Origin: an uncultured Peptococcaceae bacterium
GTDB taxonomy: Bacteria; Bacillota; DSM-12270; Thermacetogeniales; Thermacetogeniaceae
NCBI GenBank assembly: GCA_963768335.1
Contig: CAVYHR010000006.1
Location: 1-64,000, forward strand
Direction: 5' to 3'
Length of the DNA stretch: 64,000 bases
The stretch's first letter is position 1; each line of letters starts with the position of its first letter. Of the stretch, positions 38,768 through 47,345 are shown in pieces. The notes below the pieces were generated by a model. It was given only the letters and a program-made list of their open reading frames with translations, was not told the origin of the DNA and searched no databases. The position numbers and the translations under genes were made by a program.

Positions 38768-40061
38768 TATGAAAAAGATCACGTCACAGAGGGAATTCTT
38801 CCTCAGTCAGACACTCGGCAAGCCGATCTACGACCGGAACGGCAAGCTGGTCGGTCGCTTGCGGGACATGGCGGTACGCTGGGATAACCACTATCCCAGG
38901 GTGACGGGGATCAAGTTCGCCAAGGACGTCCAGAAGCACATCGGGATCAGCCAGATCGAACAATGGGACGAGCGAAGCATCCGGCTCAACGTGGCCTTCA
39001 CCGACGAGCTGCAACTCCTCACCGAAGAAGAGCTCTACGTCGGCAAGTGGCTGCTCGACAAGCAGATCATCGACACCAAGGGTTCCAAATTGGTGCGGGT
39101 CAACGATATCATGCTGGCCTGGATCGAGAGCGGCCCCGCCCACGACCTGATCCTGGTGGCGGTGGATGTGGGCGTGCGCGGCCTGTTGCGCCGCATCGGC
39201 GTGGAAAGCCTGGTCAGGGGACGGCCGCAGAATCTGGTGGACTGGAAGTACATCAAGCCGCCGGAGTCCAAGATGGACAACCTGCGCCTGACCCTGGAAC
39301 ACCCCTCGCTGAAAGACCTGCACCCGGCAGACCTGGCCGACATCATCGAGGATATGGACAGTGTCAGCCGAAGTCAACTGCTGGCAGGCCTCGACCGTCA
39401 GACTGCCATCGAGGCCCTGACCGAGGCCGATCTGGACACCCAGGTGGAGATCATCACCGACATGGACAGCACCAGCGCCTCCGAGATGCTGGCGGACATG
39501 CCGCCGGATGAGGCGGCGGACATCCTGGGCGAACTGACGGAGGAGAAGTCCAGCGAATTGTTGAACCTGATGGACAAGGATGAGGCGGAGGACGTCCGGG
39601 AACTGATGGAGTATGAGGAAAACACCGCCGGCGCCCTGATGACCACGGAGTTCATCTCCTTCCCGGCTGACACTACCGCCGAGGACTGCATCAACCGGCT
39701 GCGGGAGCTAGCGCCCTCGGCCGAGACGATCTTTTACCTCTACATTATCGACCACGCGGAAGTTCTCAAGGGAGTGGTAAGCTTGCGCGACCTGATCGTC
39801 GCCCAACCTCACACAGAGCTGGGCGCCATCATGCGCTCCCGTGTCGTTACCGTCCGGGGAGACGACAATATCAAGAGGGTGCAGGAAACGGTCGCCAAGT
39901 ACGACCTGCTGGCGCTGCCGGTGGTGGATGAACAGGGTGTGCTGCTGGGGATCATCACGGTGGACGATGTCATGGAGACGGTGTTCCCTGACCGCGGTGG
40001 GCTGGAGAGCTTCACCGACTTCATGACTCACAGCAAGTCCTGGAGGATGTGGAAACCGTGA
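38768..40061 (+). CDS. stand-alone MgtE N-terminal domain + CBS-pair cytoplasmic protein (no membrane domain)
   Basis: RBS AAGGAGG 8 nt before ATG at 38768. The track start at 38628 has no RBS. Acidic MgtE-N helical region (DLADIIEDMDS...EMLADMPPDEAADILGEL...) and two CBS motifs. Ends 13 nt inside the next gene. Confidence 0.8.
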
Positions 40062-41317
40062 AAGGGCTCAAGAGATTCAACCTGTTGTTACCGTCTCTGA
40101 TCCTCTTCCTGGCGATCATGGGTCCGGGGATCATCACCGCCAACGTGGACAACGACGCCGGCGGCATCACCACCTACTCGGTGGCCGGGGCGTCTTTCGG
40201 ATTGAAGCTGCTCTGGATCTTCATCCCGATGACCATCGCCCTGATCGTCGCCCAGGAAATGTGCGCCCGCATGGGCGCCGTCACCGGCAAGGGCCTGTCC
40301 GACCTGATCCGGGAGCGCTTCGGAGTCAAGGTGATCATGTTCGTGATGGCGGCCCTGTTGATAGCCGACCTGGGCAACACAGTGTCCGAGTTCGCCGGCG
40401 TGGCCGCCAGTGGAGAAATCTTCAACATCTCCAAATACATCATCGTGCCAATCGTTGCCTTCCTGGTCTGGTTTATTGTGATCAAGGGTTCCTACAAGAT
40501 GGTCGAGCGCGTTTTCCTGGTAGCCTCCGCCCTGTACCTGTGCTACATCCCCTCGGCGATCATGGCCAGGCCCAACTGGGGAGTCGTGTTCAAGGCAATG
40601 GTCGTGCCATCCTTCAGCTTCAGTCCGGTCTACCTGGCCATGCTGATCGGGCTGATCGGGACGACCATCACTCCCTGGATGCAGTTCTACATCCAGTCGG
40701 CAGTGGTGGAGAAGGGGATCACCGCCAAGGATTACGCATACTCCCGGACGGATGTGATCGTGGGCTGCTTTATGACCGACATCATCGCCTTGTTCATCGT
40801 GGTGGCCTGCGCCGCCACCCTGTTCCTACACAACATTCAAATTGCAACAGCCAAGGATGCGGCCATCTCCCTGCAGCCGCTGGCCGGCAGGTGGGCCGGC
40901 CTGCTGTTCGGCTTCGGCCTCTTCAACGCCTCGGTCTTCTCGGCCTCGATCCTGCCCCTGGCCACTTCGTACTATGTCTGTGAGGCGCTGGGTTTCGAGG
41001 CCGGCATCGACAAAACGTGGAGCGAGGCCCCGGTCTTCTACTGGCTGTACACCAGCCTGGTAGTCATCGGGGCGGGGCTGATCCTGATCCCGAACGCCCC
41101 GCTGATCGCCATCATGCTCTGGTCACAGGTGGCCAACGGGGTGCTGCTGCCCTTCATCCTGATCTTCATGCTGATCCTGATCAACAACAAGGATATCATG
41201 GGCCGGTTCACCAACTCCCGGAGTTTCGACGCCATCGCCTGGGCGACTACCGTCATCATGATCGCCCTGACCGTGCTGCTGGTGGTGATCTCCGTCTTCC
41301 CGAACCTGCTGGCCTGA
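40049..41317 (+). CDS. NRAMP-family transporter, probably the NRAMP-related Mg2+ transporter (NRMT) type given M-box control
   Basis: 11-12 TM NRAMP fold (GPGIITANVDNDAGGITTYS...). Translationally coupled to the MgtE-N/CBS gene. M-box upstream. Confidence 0.85.
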   Translation: METVKGLKRFNLLLPSLILFLAIMGPGIITANVDNDAGGITTYSVAGASFGLKLLWIFIPMTIALIVAQEMCARMGAVTGKGLSDLIRERFGVKVIMFVMAALLIADLGNTVSEFAGVAASGEIFNISKYIIVPIVAFLVWFIVIKGSYKMVERVFLVASALYLCYIPSAIMARPNWGVVFKAMVVPSFSFSPVYLAMLIGLIGTTITPWMQFYIQSAVVEKGITAKDYAYSRTDVIVGCFMTDIIALFIVVACAATLFLHNIQIATAKDAAISLQPLAGRWAGLLFGFGLFNASVFSASILPLATSYYVCEALGFEAGIDKTWSEAPVFYWLYTSLVVIGAGLILIPNAPLIAIMLWSQVANGVLLPFILIFMLILINNKDIMGRFTNSRSFDAIAWATTVIMIALTVLLVVISVFPNLLA

Positions 41318-41344
41318 CGCCGTTGGAAACCCGAATTTCCGTAG

Positions 41345-41373
41345 CCGCCGGGGTTGCCCCGGCGGCTTTTCGA
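41345..41373 (+). terminator. intrinsic terminator after the NRAMP gene
   Basis: GCCGCCGGGGTTGCCCCGGCGGC + TTTTCG. Confidence 0.6.
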
Positions 41374-41676
41374 TCCTCTCCGGATTTTCGGAACCGTTTC
41401 CGCTTTTTCGGTGCTTTTACTGTCTTTAACAGACACTACGCCGGCAGGACAACCCGGTTAACCGCGCTGTCTATGGCAACGGAGAAACCGAGGTACACCA
41501 CCGCCCCGGCAGCATCCGGCAGGCAGGCTGCTGAGCATCCGGCGGCTGCTGCCTACAACCGGAGCCGGTACCCGCCCGCCGGTTCCCGATTGTGGCATGA
41601 AATATGCATGTTTATATAGGCAGGAAAACAAAAACGAGGCCGCCGGAAGGGGCCGGAATGAGGGGAGAGGGCGAAC

Positions 41677-41850
41677 ATGGCAGTGGCACTGAGGACTTTC
41701 GAGGAGCTTGAGCATCGGGACGCAGAGGTGAAGAGGCCGGGATTGAAACTCGAAAAACGGGCCGAGACAGGCAGGGTAGAGTACGAATTCCCCTATGACG
41801 ACCTCTACCAGATGTACGACTACATCACCAAAGAACTGGGTATCAAGTAA
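41677..41850 (+). CDS. small hypothetical protein (57 aa), tandem paralogue 1
   Basis: RBS AGGGGAGAGGG then ATG. MAVALRTFEELEHRDAEVKRPGLKLEKRAETGRVEYEFPYDDLYQMYDYITKELGIK. Below the ORF-track cutoff. The whole unit, including the RBS, is tandemly duplicated. Confidence 0.5.
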   Translation: MAVALRTFEELEHRDAEVKRPGLKLEKRAETGRVEYEFPYDDLYQMYDYITKELGIK

Positions 41851-41922
41851 CAACAACCGGGTAGAGATCTTAAAAAAAACAGGCCGCCGGAAGCGGGGCC
41901 GGAATGAGGGGAGAGGGCGAAC

Positions 41923-42096
41923 ATGGCAGTGGCACTGAGGACTTTCGAGGAGCCTGAGCATCGGGACGCAGAGATCAAGATACCGGTTTGGACACAGCAA
42001 GAGCGGATCGAGAGAGGCAAACTCGAGTACGAATTCCCTTATGACGACCTCTACCAGATGTACGACTACATCACCCAAGAACTGGGCATCAGGTAG
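41923..42096 (+). CDS. small hypothetical protein (57 aa), tandem paralogue 2
   Basis: MAVALRTFEEPEHRDAEIKIPVWTQQERIERGKLEYEFPYDDLYQMYDYITQELGIR. Same RBS and leader as paralogue 1. Confidence 0.5.
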   Translation: MAVALRTFEEPEHRDAEIKIPVWTQQERIERGKLEYEFPYDDLYQMYDYITQELGIR

Positions 42097-42142
42097 GATA
42101 TGAAAGCAACGATAAAAAGCAAAGCCTCTGTCGACTGCTAGC

Positions 42143-42178
42143 AGGCCGGGCGGGAAACCAGCACCCGGCCTTTTCATT
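42143..42178. terminator. hairpin + T-tract between the convergent small genes and the LarE-like gene (possibly bidirectional)
   Basis: CAGGCCGGGCGGGAAACCAGCACCCGGCC + TTTTCATT. Confidence 0.5.
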
Positions 42179-42203
42179 AGCAACTGTTGTGCACCCCCGG
42201 CAT

Positions 42204-43157
42204 CTAAACAAGCACTTCGTTCAGGCTCCCGGTCCGGTAGCCGTCCAGGTCGAGGGCGACGTAAGCAAAGCCACAGGCCTTGATCCTGCCTGAGATCACC
42301 TGCAACGATTCCCGGTTCAACACCTTCTCCAGTTCATCCGGAGCGATCTCGATCCTGGCGATCTGGCCGTGGTGCCTGACCCTGACGTTGCACAGGCCGA
42401 GCTCTATCAAAACGGCCTCCGCCCTGGCGACCTGCTCCAGGCTCTCCGAAGTCAGCGGCACACCGTAGGGGATCCGGGACGCCAGGCAGGCCTGGGCGGG
42501 CAGGTTCCAGTTGGACAGTCCAAGGCGCCGGGCGAGCTGCCGCACCTCCTGCTTGTCCAGGCCACACTCCAGCAGCGGGCTGTAGACAGTGTCGAAGCTG
42601 CGGATGGCAGCCATGCCGGGGCGGTAGTCGCTGCAATCGGAGCGGTTGGTGCCGTCCAGCACCGCCAGGTAGCCCTCCTCCCGGGCGATGCCGGTCAGCA
42701 GGGCAAAGGTGTTGTTCTTGCAGTGCCAGCAGCGGTTTGGCGGATTGGCGGCAATCTCCCCCACCTGCAGTTCATCGGTGGTGATGATCCGGTACCGGGC
42801 GTCCAGAGACTGGGCCACTGCCTGCGCCGACCCCTGATCCCGCTCAGGCATCAGGGGGGAGACCACCGTTATTGCCAGCACGTTCTCAGTCCCCAGGGCA
42901 TCGAGGGCTGCCTTCAGCACCAGCGAGCTGTCGACTCCCCCGGAAAAGGCCACTACCACCCGCTGCAGCCTTGAGATAAACGACTTCAAGCTATCCAGTT
43001 TGCCTTGCAGAGCATCATCCTCTCCTCCGCTCTCCGCAAGCTGTATCAACCGTTCGTTCACTACTTTCACCCCCTCTGACAGACTCCTCCACCACCATTG
43101 TGTTCGTTGGCCGTGAGCACTTAGCCGTCGAATTTCAACACGCTGATCTCCTACCAC
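42204..43157 (-). CDS. PP-loop ATP pyrophosphatase of the LarE / TIGR00268 family (putative sacrificial sulfur transferase)
   Basis: VVAFSGGVDSSLVL (PP-loop), CWHCK Cys motif. The N-terminus of the track ORF reads through a CCAACCA tandem repeat. True start probably GTG near 43070. Confidence 0.7.
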   Translation of the reverse strand: MVGDQRVEIRRLSAHGQRTQWWWRSLSEGVKVVNERLIQLAESGGEDDALQGKLDSLKSFISRLQRVVVAFSGGVDSSLVLKAALDALGTENVLAITVVSPLMPERDQGSAQAVAQSLDARYRIITTDELQVGEIAANPPNRCWHCKNNTFALLTGIAREEGYLAVLDGTNRSDCSDYRPGMAAIRSFDTVYSPLLECGLDKQEVRQLARRLGLSNWNLPAQACLASRIPYGVPLTSESLEQVARAEAVLIELGLCNVRVRHHGQIARIEIAPDELEKVLNRESLQVISGRIKACGFAYVALDLDGYRTGSLNEVLV

Positions 43158-43191
43158 CTAGGCGTCACTTTGTTCCTCCAACCACCGACCA

Positions 43192-44286
43192 CTAACCACC
43201 AACCACCAAAATCGTCCCGCCCCCCAGCACCACGTCGCCGTCGTACAGAACCACCGCCTGGCCCGGGGTGATCGCCTTCTGGGGTGCCTGGAAGTCCACC
43301 CGGAGCCGGTCTTCGCCAATGGCTGCGGCCACCGCCCCCGCCCGCGGCGCCTTGTAGCGGATCTTGGCCGTGACCGGCTGCGGCCGTTCGAGAGGCATCC
43401 CTGAGATGTAGTTGACATCGCCGGCGATCAGGCTGTTTTGATAGAGATCCCGCTCCGCCCCCACCCACACGGTGTTGGTCTGGAGATCGATCCGGGTCAC
43501 GTACAGCGGGTAGTCAGACGTCAGCCCCAGACCCTTGCGCTGACCGACGGTATAGCAGCAGACGCCCCGGTGGCGGCCGAGGACCTGCCCATCTGTGTGT
43601 CTGAACAACCCCTCAGCCCCCGTGGAGCCCGTTCTCTCGGCCACGAAGCCGGCGTAACTCTGCCCGGAGACGAAACAGATCTCCTGGCTCTCGGCCTTTT
43701 CCGCCACTGTCAGGTCAGCCTGGCGGGCGATCCGCCGTACCTCCTGCTTGCGGTATTCTCCCAGGGGAAAGAGGGTGTGCTCCAGTTGCTGCTGGGTCAT
43801 CTGGTAGAGGGCGTAGGTCTGGTCCTTGGAGGCGTCCGCCGCCGTGCGCAGTTGCCACCTTCCGTCATCGTCCCGCTCGATCCGGGCGTAGTGTCCGGTG
43901 GCCAGGTAGTCCGCCCCCAGGCCACGGGCCTTGTGCAGCAGCGTCCCAAACTTGAGGTAACGGTTGCAGGCGATACACGGGTTAGGGGTGCGGCCGGCGT
44001 GATACTCCCTGCAGAAGTAGCTGATCACCCGGTTCTCAAACTCCGCACGGAAATCCAGGACGTAGTGGGGGATGCCCAACTGCCAGGCTACCCGCCTGGC
44101 ATCGTCGATGGCCGACAGCCCACAGCAACTGCGGTCGCCGCTGGAGCTCGGCCAGACCTGCATGGTGACGCCGGCCACCTCGTATCCCTGGCGCTTTAAC
44201 AGCAGGGCAGCCACGGAGCTGTCCACCCCGCCGCTCATGGCCACCACCACCCGCCGCGGATTTGCTACTTTTCCACCATCGCTCAC
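43192..44286 (-). CDS. mnmA: tRNA 2-thiouridine(34) synthase
   Basis: GTG start. VVVAMSGGVDSSVAA (PP-loop)...catalytic Cys motifs. The C-terminus LVVGG is encoded by a TGGTGGT-type tandem repeat. Confidence 0.9.
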   Translation of the reverse strand: MSDGGKVANPRRVVVAMSGGVDSSVAALLLKRQGYEVAGVTMQVWPSSSGDRSCCGLSAIDDARRVAWQLGIPHYVLDFRAEFENRVISYFCREYHAGRTPNPCIACNRYLKFGTLLHKARGLGADYLATGHYARIERDDDGRWQLRTAADASKDQTYALYQMTQQQLEHTLFPLGEYRKQEVRRIARQADLTVAEKAESQEICFVSGQSYAGFVAERTGSTGAEGLFRHTDGQVLGRHRGVCCYTVGQRKGLGLTSDYPLYVTRIDLQTNTVWVGAERDLYQNSLIAGDVNYISGMPLERPQPVTAKIRYKAPRAGAVAAAIGEDRLRVDFQAPQKAITPGQAVVLYDGDVVLGGGTILVVGG

Positions 44287-44354
44287 TGTGTTATCTCACC
44301 GTCCAGGATTATCCGTTCCGGGTGGCTCTAGAAAGGTTGCAGCCTCTCATCGCC

Positions 44355-44490
44355 ACAGATGACTACCCGCTCTAATGCCCCCGCTTCCTCCGAAGCGGTG
44401 GGATAAGAGCGGCTACGTCACTGTATTAACTGGCTCTAAGCTTCAGTGGGGGCAAGCAATCCCCCACTTAAGCCAAGACCCAGTTGAATC
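44355..44490. repeat. P2-type ~135-nt multi-hairpin repeat (copy D), flanked by diverged ~45-bp direct repeats
   Basis: About 88% identical to copy C but without the nested P1 insert. Flanks 44305-44354 and 44497-44545 both read ATTATCCG(T/C)TCCGGGTGG...GGTTGCAGC. The right copy encodes the FdhD C-terminus. Confidence 0.65.
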
Positions 44491-44491
44491 A

Positions 44492-45343
44492 TCACTCAAG
44501 AATTATCCGCTCCGGGTGGGCGTAGAGGTTGCAGCGGTTGCCCCTGGCGAAGCCTGCCACCGTCACCCCCAGGTCGTCGGCCAACTGCAGCGCCAGGTCG
44601 GTGGGCGCCGAACGGGAGATCAGTACAGGCACCCCCATTTTGGCGACCTTGAGCACTATCTCCGAGGAGACCCGGCCGCTGAAGACGATGGTCTTATCCT
44701 CCCGGGGGATCTCCTCCAGAAAACACTGGCCGTAGATCTTGTCCAGGGTGTTGTGGCGCCCGATGTCCTCCCGGAAGATCAGGATCTCCCCGTCTTTGGC
44801 CAGGGCCGCCCCATGCACGCCGCCGGTGCGCCGGAACAGGTGCGACCGTTCCTGCAACTGCTCCGCCAGGCTCAACACCGTGGCCAGTGGCACTTGCAGG
44901 GTAGCGGTCACCGGTTTGCAGAGCATGGCGTCCGCCGCAAAGTAGAACGAGGCCCGGGCGCGCCCGCAGCAGGGTGTGATGTAGCGCTTGAGAAACACCT
45001 TCTCCCCCAGGTGATCCCGGCAGGTGGTCACCCAGGCCATCCCCTGCTCCTCATCGATGCTGATCTGTTCGAGGTCGCCGCGCTGGAGCAGGATCCCCTC
45101 TGCGCAGAGAAAGCCCACCGCCATATACTTGAGGTCCACCGGGGAACAGACCAGGGTGGCCAGCTCTCTGTCATTGACGTTGACCGTGAGCGCCGCCTCC
45201 CGCACCACGATGTCTTCGTCATCGGTGGCGCCGGCCTCATCAACCCTGGTGATGCGCCGCCTGATCACTGTCGCCCCGTACTCGTCCTTCATATAATCGT
45301 CGCCTCCTGCCGCGCCGCCACCGGGGACGGTTTTCACTGTCAC
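44492..45343 (-). CDS. fdhD: formate dehydrogenase accessory sulfurtransferase
   Basis: FdhD fold with CCG motif (ITPCCGRARAS). Confidence 0.85.
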   Translation of the reverse strand: MTVKTVPGGGAAGGDDYMKDEYGATVIRRRITRVDEAGATDDEDIVVREAALTVNVNDRELATLVCSPVDLKYMAVGFLCAEGILLQRGDLEQISIDEEQGMAWVTTCRDHLGEKVFLKRYITPCCGRARASFYFAADAMLCKPVTATLQVPLATVLSLAEQLQERSHLFRRTGGVHGAALAKDGEILIFREDIGRHNTLDKIYGQCFLEEIPREDKTIVFSGRVSSEIVLKVAKMGVPVLISRSAPTDLALQLADDLGVTVAGFARGNRCNLYAHPERIILE

Positions 45344-46515
45344 TCCAGGTATCGCTCTATCAGCCGCACCGCCTGGCTGGCCGAATCGGGATGTTTCAGG
45401 CGGACAGCCGCCTCCCGCATCCGGAAGCGCAGGCCCTCGTTCCGCAGCACATCACAGAGCAGCGTGCCGAGCTCGGCCAGATTCCGGGCAGACAGGGCCG
45501 CCCCCTCCCGGGTCAGGAAATCCCGGTTCATCTCCTCCTGGCCGGGCAGGGCCTTGTAGATGATCATCGGCGCCTCCGCCGCCAGGGCCTCGCTGATGGT
45601 AAGCCCCCCAGCCTTGGAGATCAGGCAGGAGGCGGCAGCCATGAACACATGCATCTCCCGGGTGTAGCCGACGATGAACACCCTGTTCGGCCCCTTCTTG
45701 ACCGCCTGGCGCAGGTTCAACCGCAGCTTGGGAAAACGTACTCCCAACACCGCCGTCACGTTGGGCACCGGCAGTCCGGCCATCAGGCGGCAGATCCGGC
45801 TCAGGTCCCCACCGAAGCCGGTGGCCGCGCTGATCACCAGGACCAGGGGCAGATCCTTCAGTTCCTCCGACAGATCCGGCGCCACCTCGGACAGCGGCCT
45901 GGCGGACATCCATCGGGGACATTCCCCCGCAGAGGTTGTGTCCCCTTGCGCGGTAAAGCGGGGATCGATGGGGATGCCGGTGGCCGCCACCTGCTCGGGG
46001 GGCACGCCCCTCCGGACCAGTTCCCCGGCCACCGCCTCGGATGCCGCTATATAGAGATCGGTGCCGGGCTGGATCCACATCTGGTGCACTATGTAGTCGG
46101 TGATCACGGTCACCAGGGGGCAATTGACCAGGCCGCGCTGCTTCAACCAGGAAACAACCGCCGCCGGGACCGGGTAGGTGCTGATGATCAGGTCGGGACG
46201 CTTGCGCCTGAGGTAAAGGAGAAAGGCCGGCACTCCGGTGGTCTTCATGAGCTTCTGAAACAGGGAGTCCTGGGACAGGCGGTCGGTGTAGCTGAAGAAG
46301 CGGCGATAGACCGGCGGCATGCGGACCATCAGGTCTTGGTAGATCAATCGCAGGATGAAATCGAACAGAGAGCCGGCAAACTTGAGATAGTTGACGACCT
46401 CTACCTTGATTGTGGGATGCTCCTCTACCAGCGCCCTCTTGAGCGCCAGGGCAGCCTGCCAGTGCCCGCTGCCGAAGCGTACCGCCAGGATCAGCACACG
46501 CTTTGTCTCCGCCAT
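45340..46515 (-). CDS. GT28-family glycosyltransferase (MGDG-synthase / UgtP-like diacylglycerol glycosyltransferase)
   Basis: RVLILAVRFGSGHWQAA... N-terminal MGDG_synth domain, C-terminal GT-B domain. 4-nt overlap with fdhD. Confidence 0.75.
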   Translation of the reverse strand: MAETKRVLILAVRFGSGHWQAALALKRALVEEHPTIKVEVVNYLKFAGSLFDFILRLIYQDLMVRMPPVYRRFFSYTDRLSQDSLFQKLMKTTGVPAFLLYLRRKRPDLIISTYPVPAAVVSWLKQRGLVNCPLVTVITDYIVHQMWIQPGTDLYIAASEAVAGELVRRGVPPEQVAATGIPIDPRFTAQGDTTSAGECPRWMSARPLSEVAPDLSEELKDLPLVLVISAATGFGGDLSRICRLMAGLPVPNVTAVLGVRFPKLRLNLRQAVKKGPNRVFIVGYTREMHVFMAAASCLISKAGGLTISEALAAEAPMIIYKALPGQEEMNRDFLTREGAALSARNLAELGTLLCDVLRNEGLRFRMREAAVRLKHPDSASQAVRLIERYLE

Positions 46516-46538
46516 ATTCGCCCGATTACCCCCAGAGA

Positions 46539-47012
46539 CTAGCTTGAAATCTCTTTTTTCACCAGTTCCAGAACAAAGGGGAGGCTGGCCGCCACCTCGG
46601 GAGTCAGTTCCAGACCGACCTCGATCTTGCCTGGCTCGACCCCGACAATCACCACCGGCGGGAGCTGCCCCTCCATCAGCTCCAGCATCTTCAACACATC
46701 CATGATCCCGATATCGTGCAAGGAGACGGCGCCCTCCCGGGAATCCTGCTCAAAATCCTGCGGTGTCAGGCGGTATACCGCTCCAGGTGGCTCTCCGCCC
46801 TGCAGGGCATCTACGATGACGACTCTCTCCGCCCCAGCGATCAACGGCAGCAGATCGCAGCCCGCGGTCGCCCCGTCGATGACCTCCACATCCGGGGGAA
46901 ACTGGTGTCCGGCCAGTGCCTTGACCACGTGAATCCCCACGCCCTCGTCCCTCAAAAGCAAGTTGCCGACCCCGAGTATGACCTTTCTTCCCACTACTGC
47001 TTCCTCCTGCAC
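46539..47012 (-). CDS. hyaD: [NiFe] hydrogenase maturation endopeptidase
   Basis: VILGVGNLLLRDEGVGIHVV...VIDGATAG...VVIVDA (HyaD/HybD family). Confidence 0.85.
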   Translation of the reverse strand: MQEEAVVGRKVILGVGNLLLRDEGVGIHVVKALAGHQFPPDVEVIDGATAGCDLLPLIAGAERVVIVDALQGGEPPGAVYRLTPQDFEQDSREGAVSLHDIGIMDVLKMLELMEGQLPPVVIVGVEPGKIEVGLELTPEVAASLPFVLELVKKEISS

Positions 47013-47221
47013 CGCGCCCTGTTCAACGAGTTCCTGGCTTCAGTGGGGGCGCCGGTAAACATGGCCTCACTAACTTGGCTTAACAATAATTATACCCGAA
47101 AACAATCCACTTTGCTGTCAAAACCGGTCATGGCAAGTATGCTTTCTGCATAAAATAATGAGCCAAGTAGGCCCTAACTTGTCACAACATGGCAGATCTT
47201 ATGTTGAGCATGCGTGCTTCT

Positions 47222-47266
47222 TAAAAAAAGCCAGCCTACCTCTACATCGGGTAGGCTGGCTTTTTT
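47222..47266. terminator. perfect palindrome with A-tract/T-tract on both sides (bidirectional terminator-like) between hyaC and hyaD
   Basis: AAAAAAAGCCAGCCTACC-TCTACATC-GGGTAGGCTGGCTTTTTT. Confidence 0.6.
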
Positions 47267-47345
47267 GATGATTTCAATCCACGCCCCCGCGCCGGGGGCG
47301 ACCCATTCAGTTGAATCCTTGATACCGGGGCTGCCGGAGTTCGGT

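Noticed and set aside
41458-42183. 241-aa minus-strand ORF with internally repeated segments (GDVVVHLVEVVI..., CVPML.LLESPQCHCHVRPLPSFRP twice).
   Set aside because: It is the antisense of a tandemly duplicated plus-strand unit encoding two 57-aa genes with RBS and a terminator. The minus-strand product is low-complexity and has no RBS.
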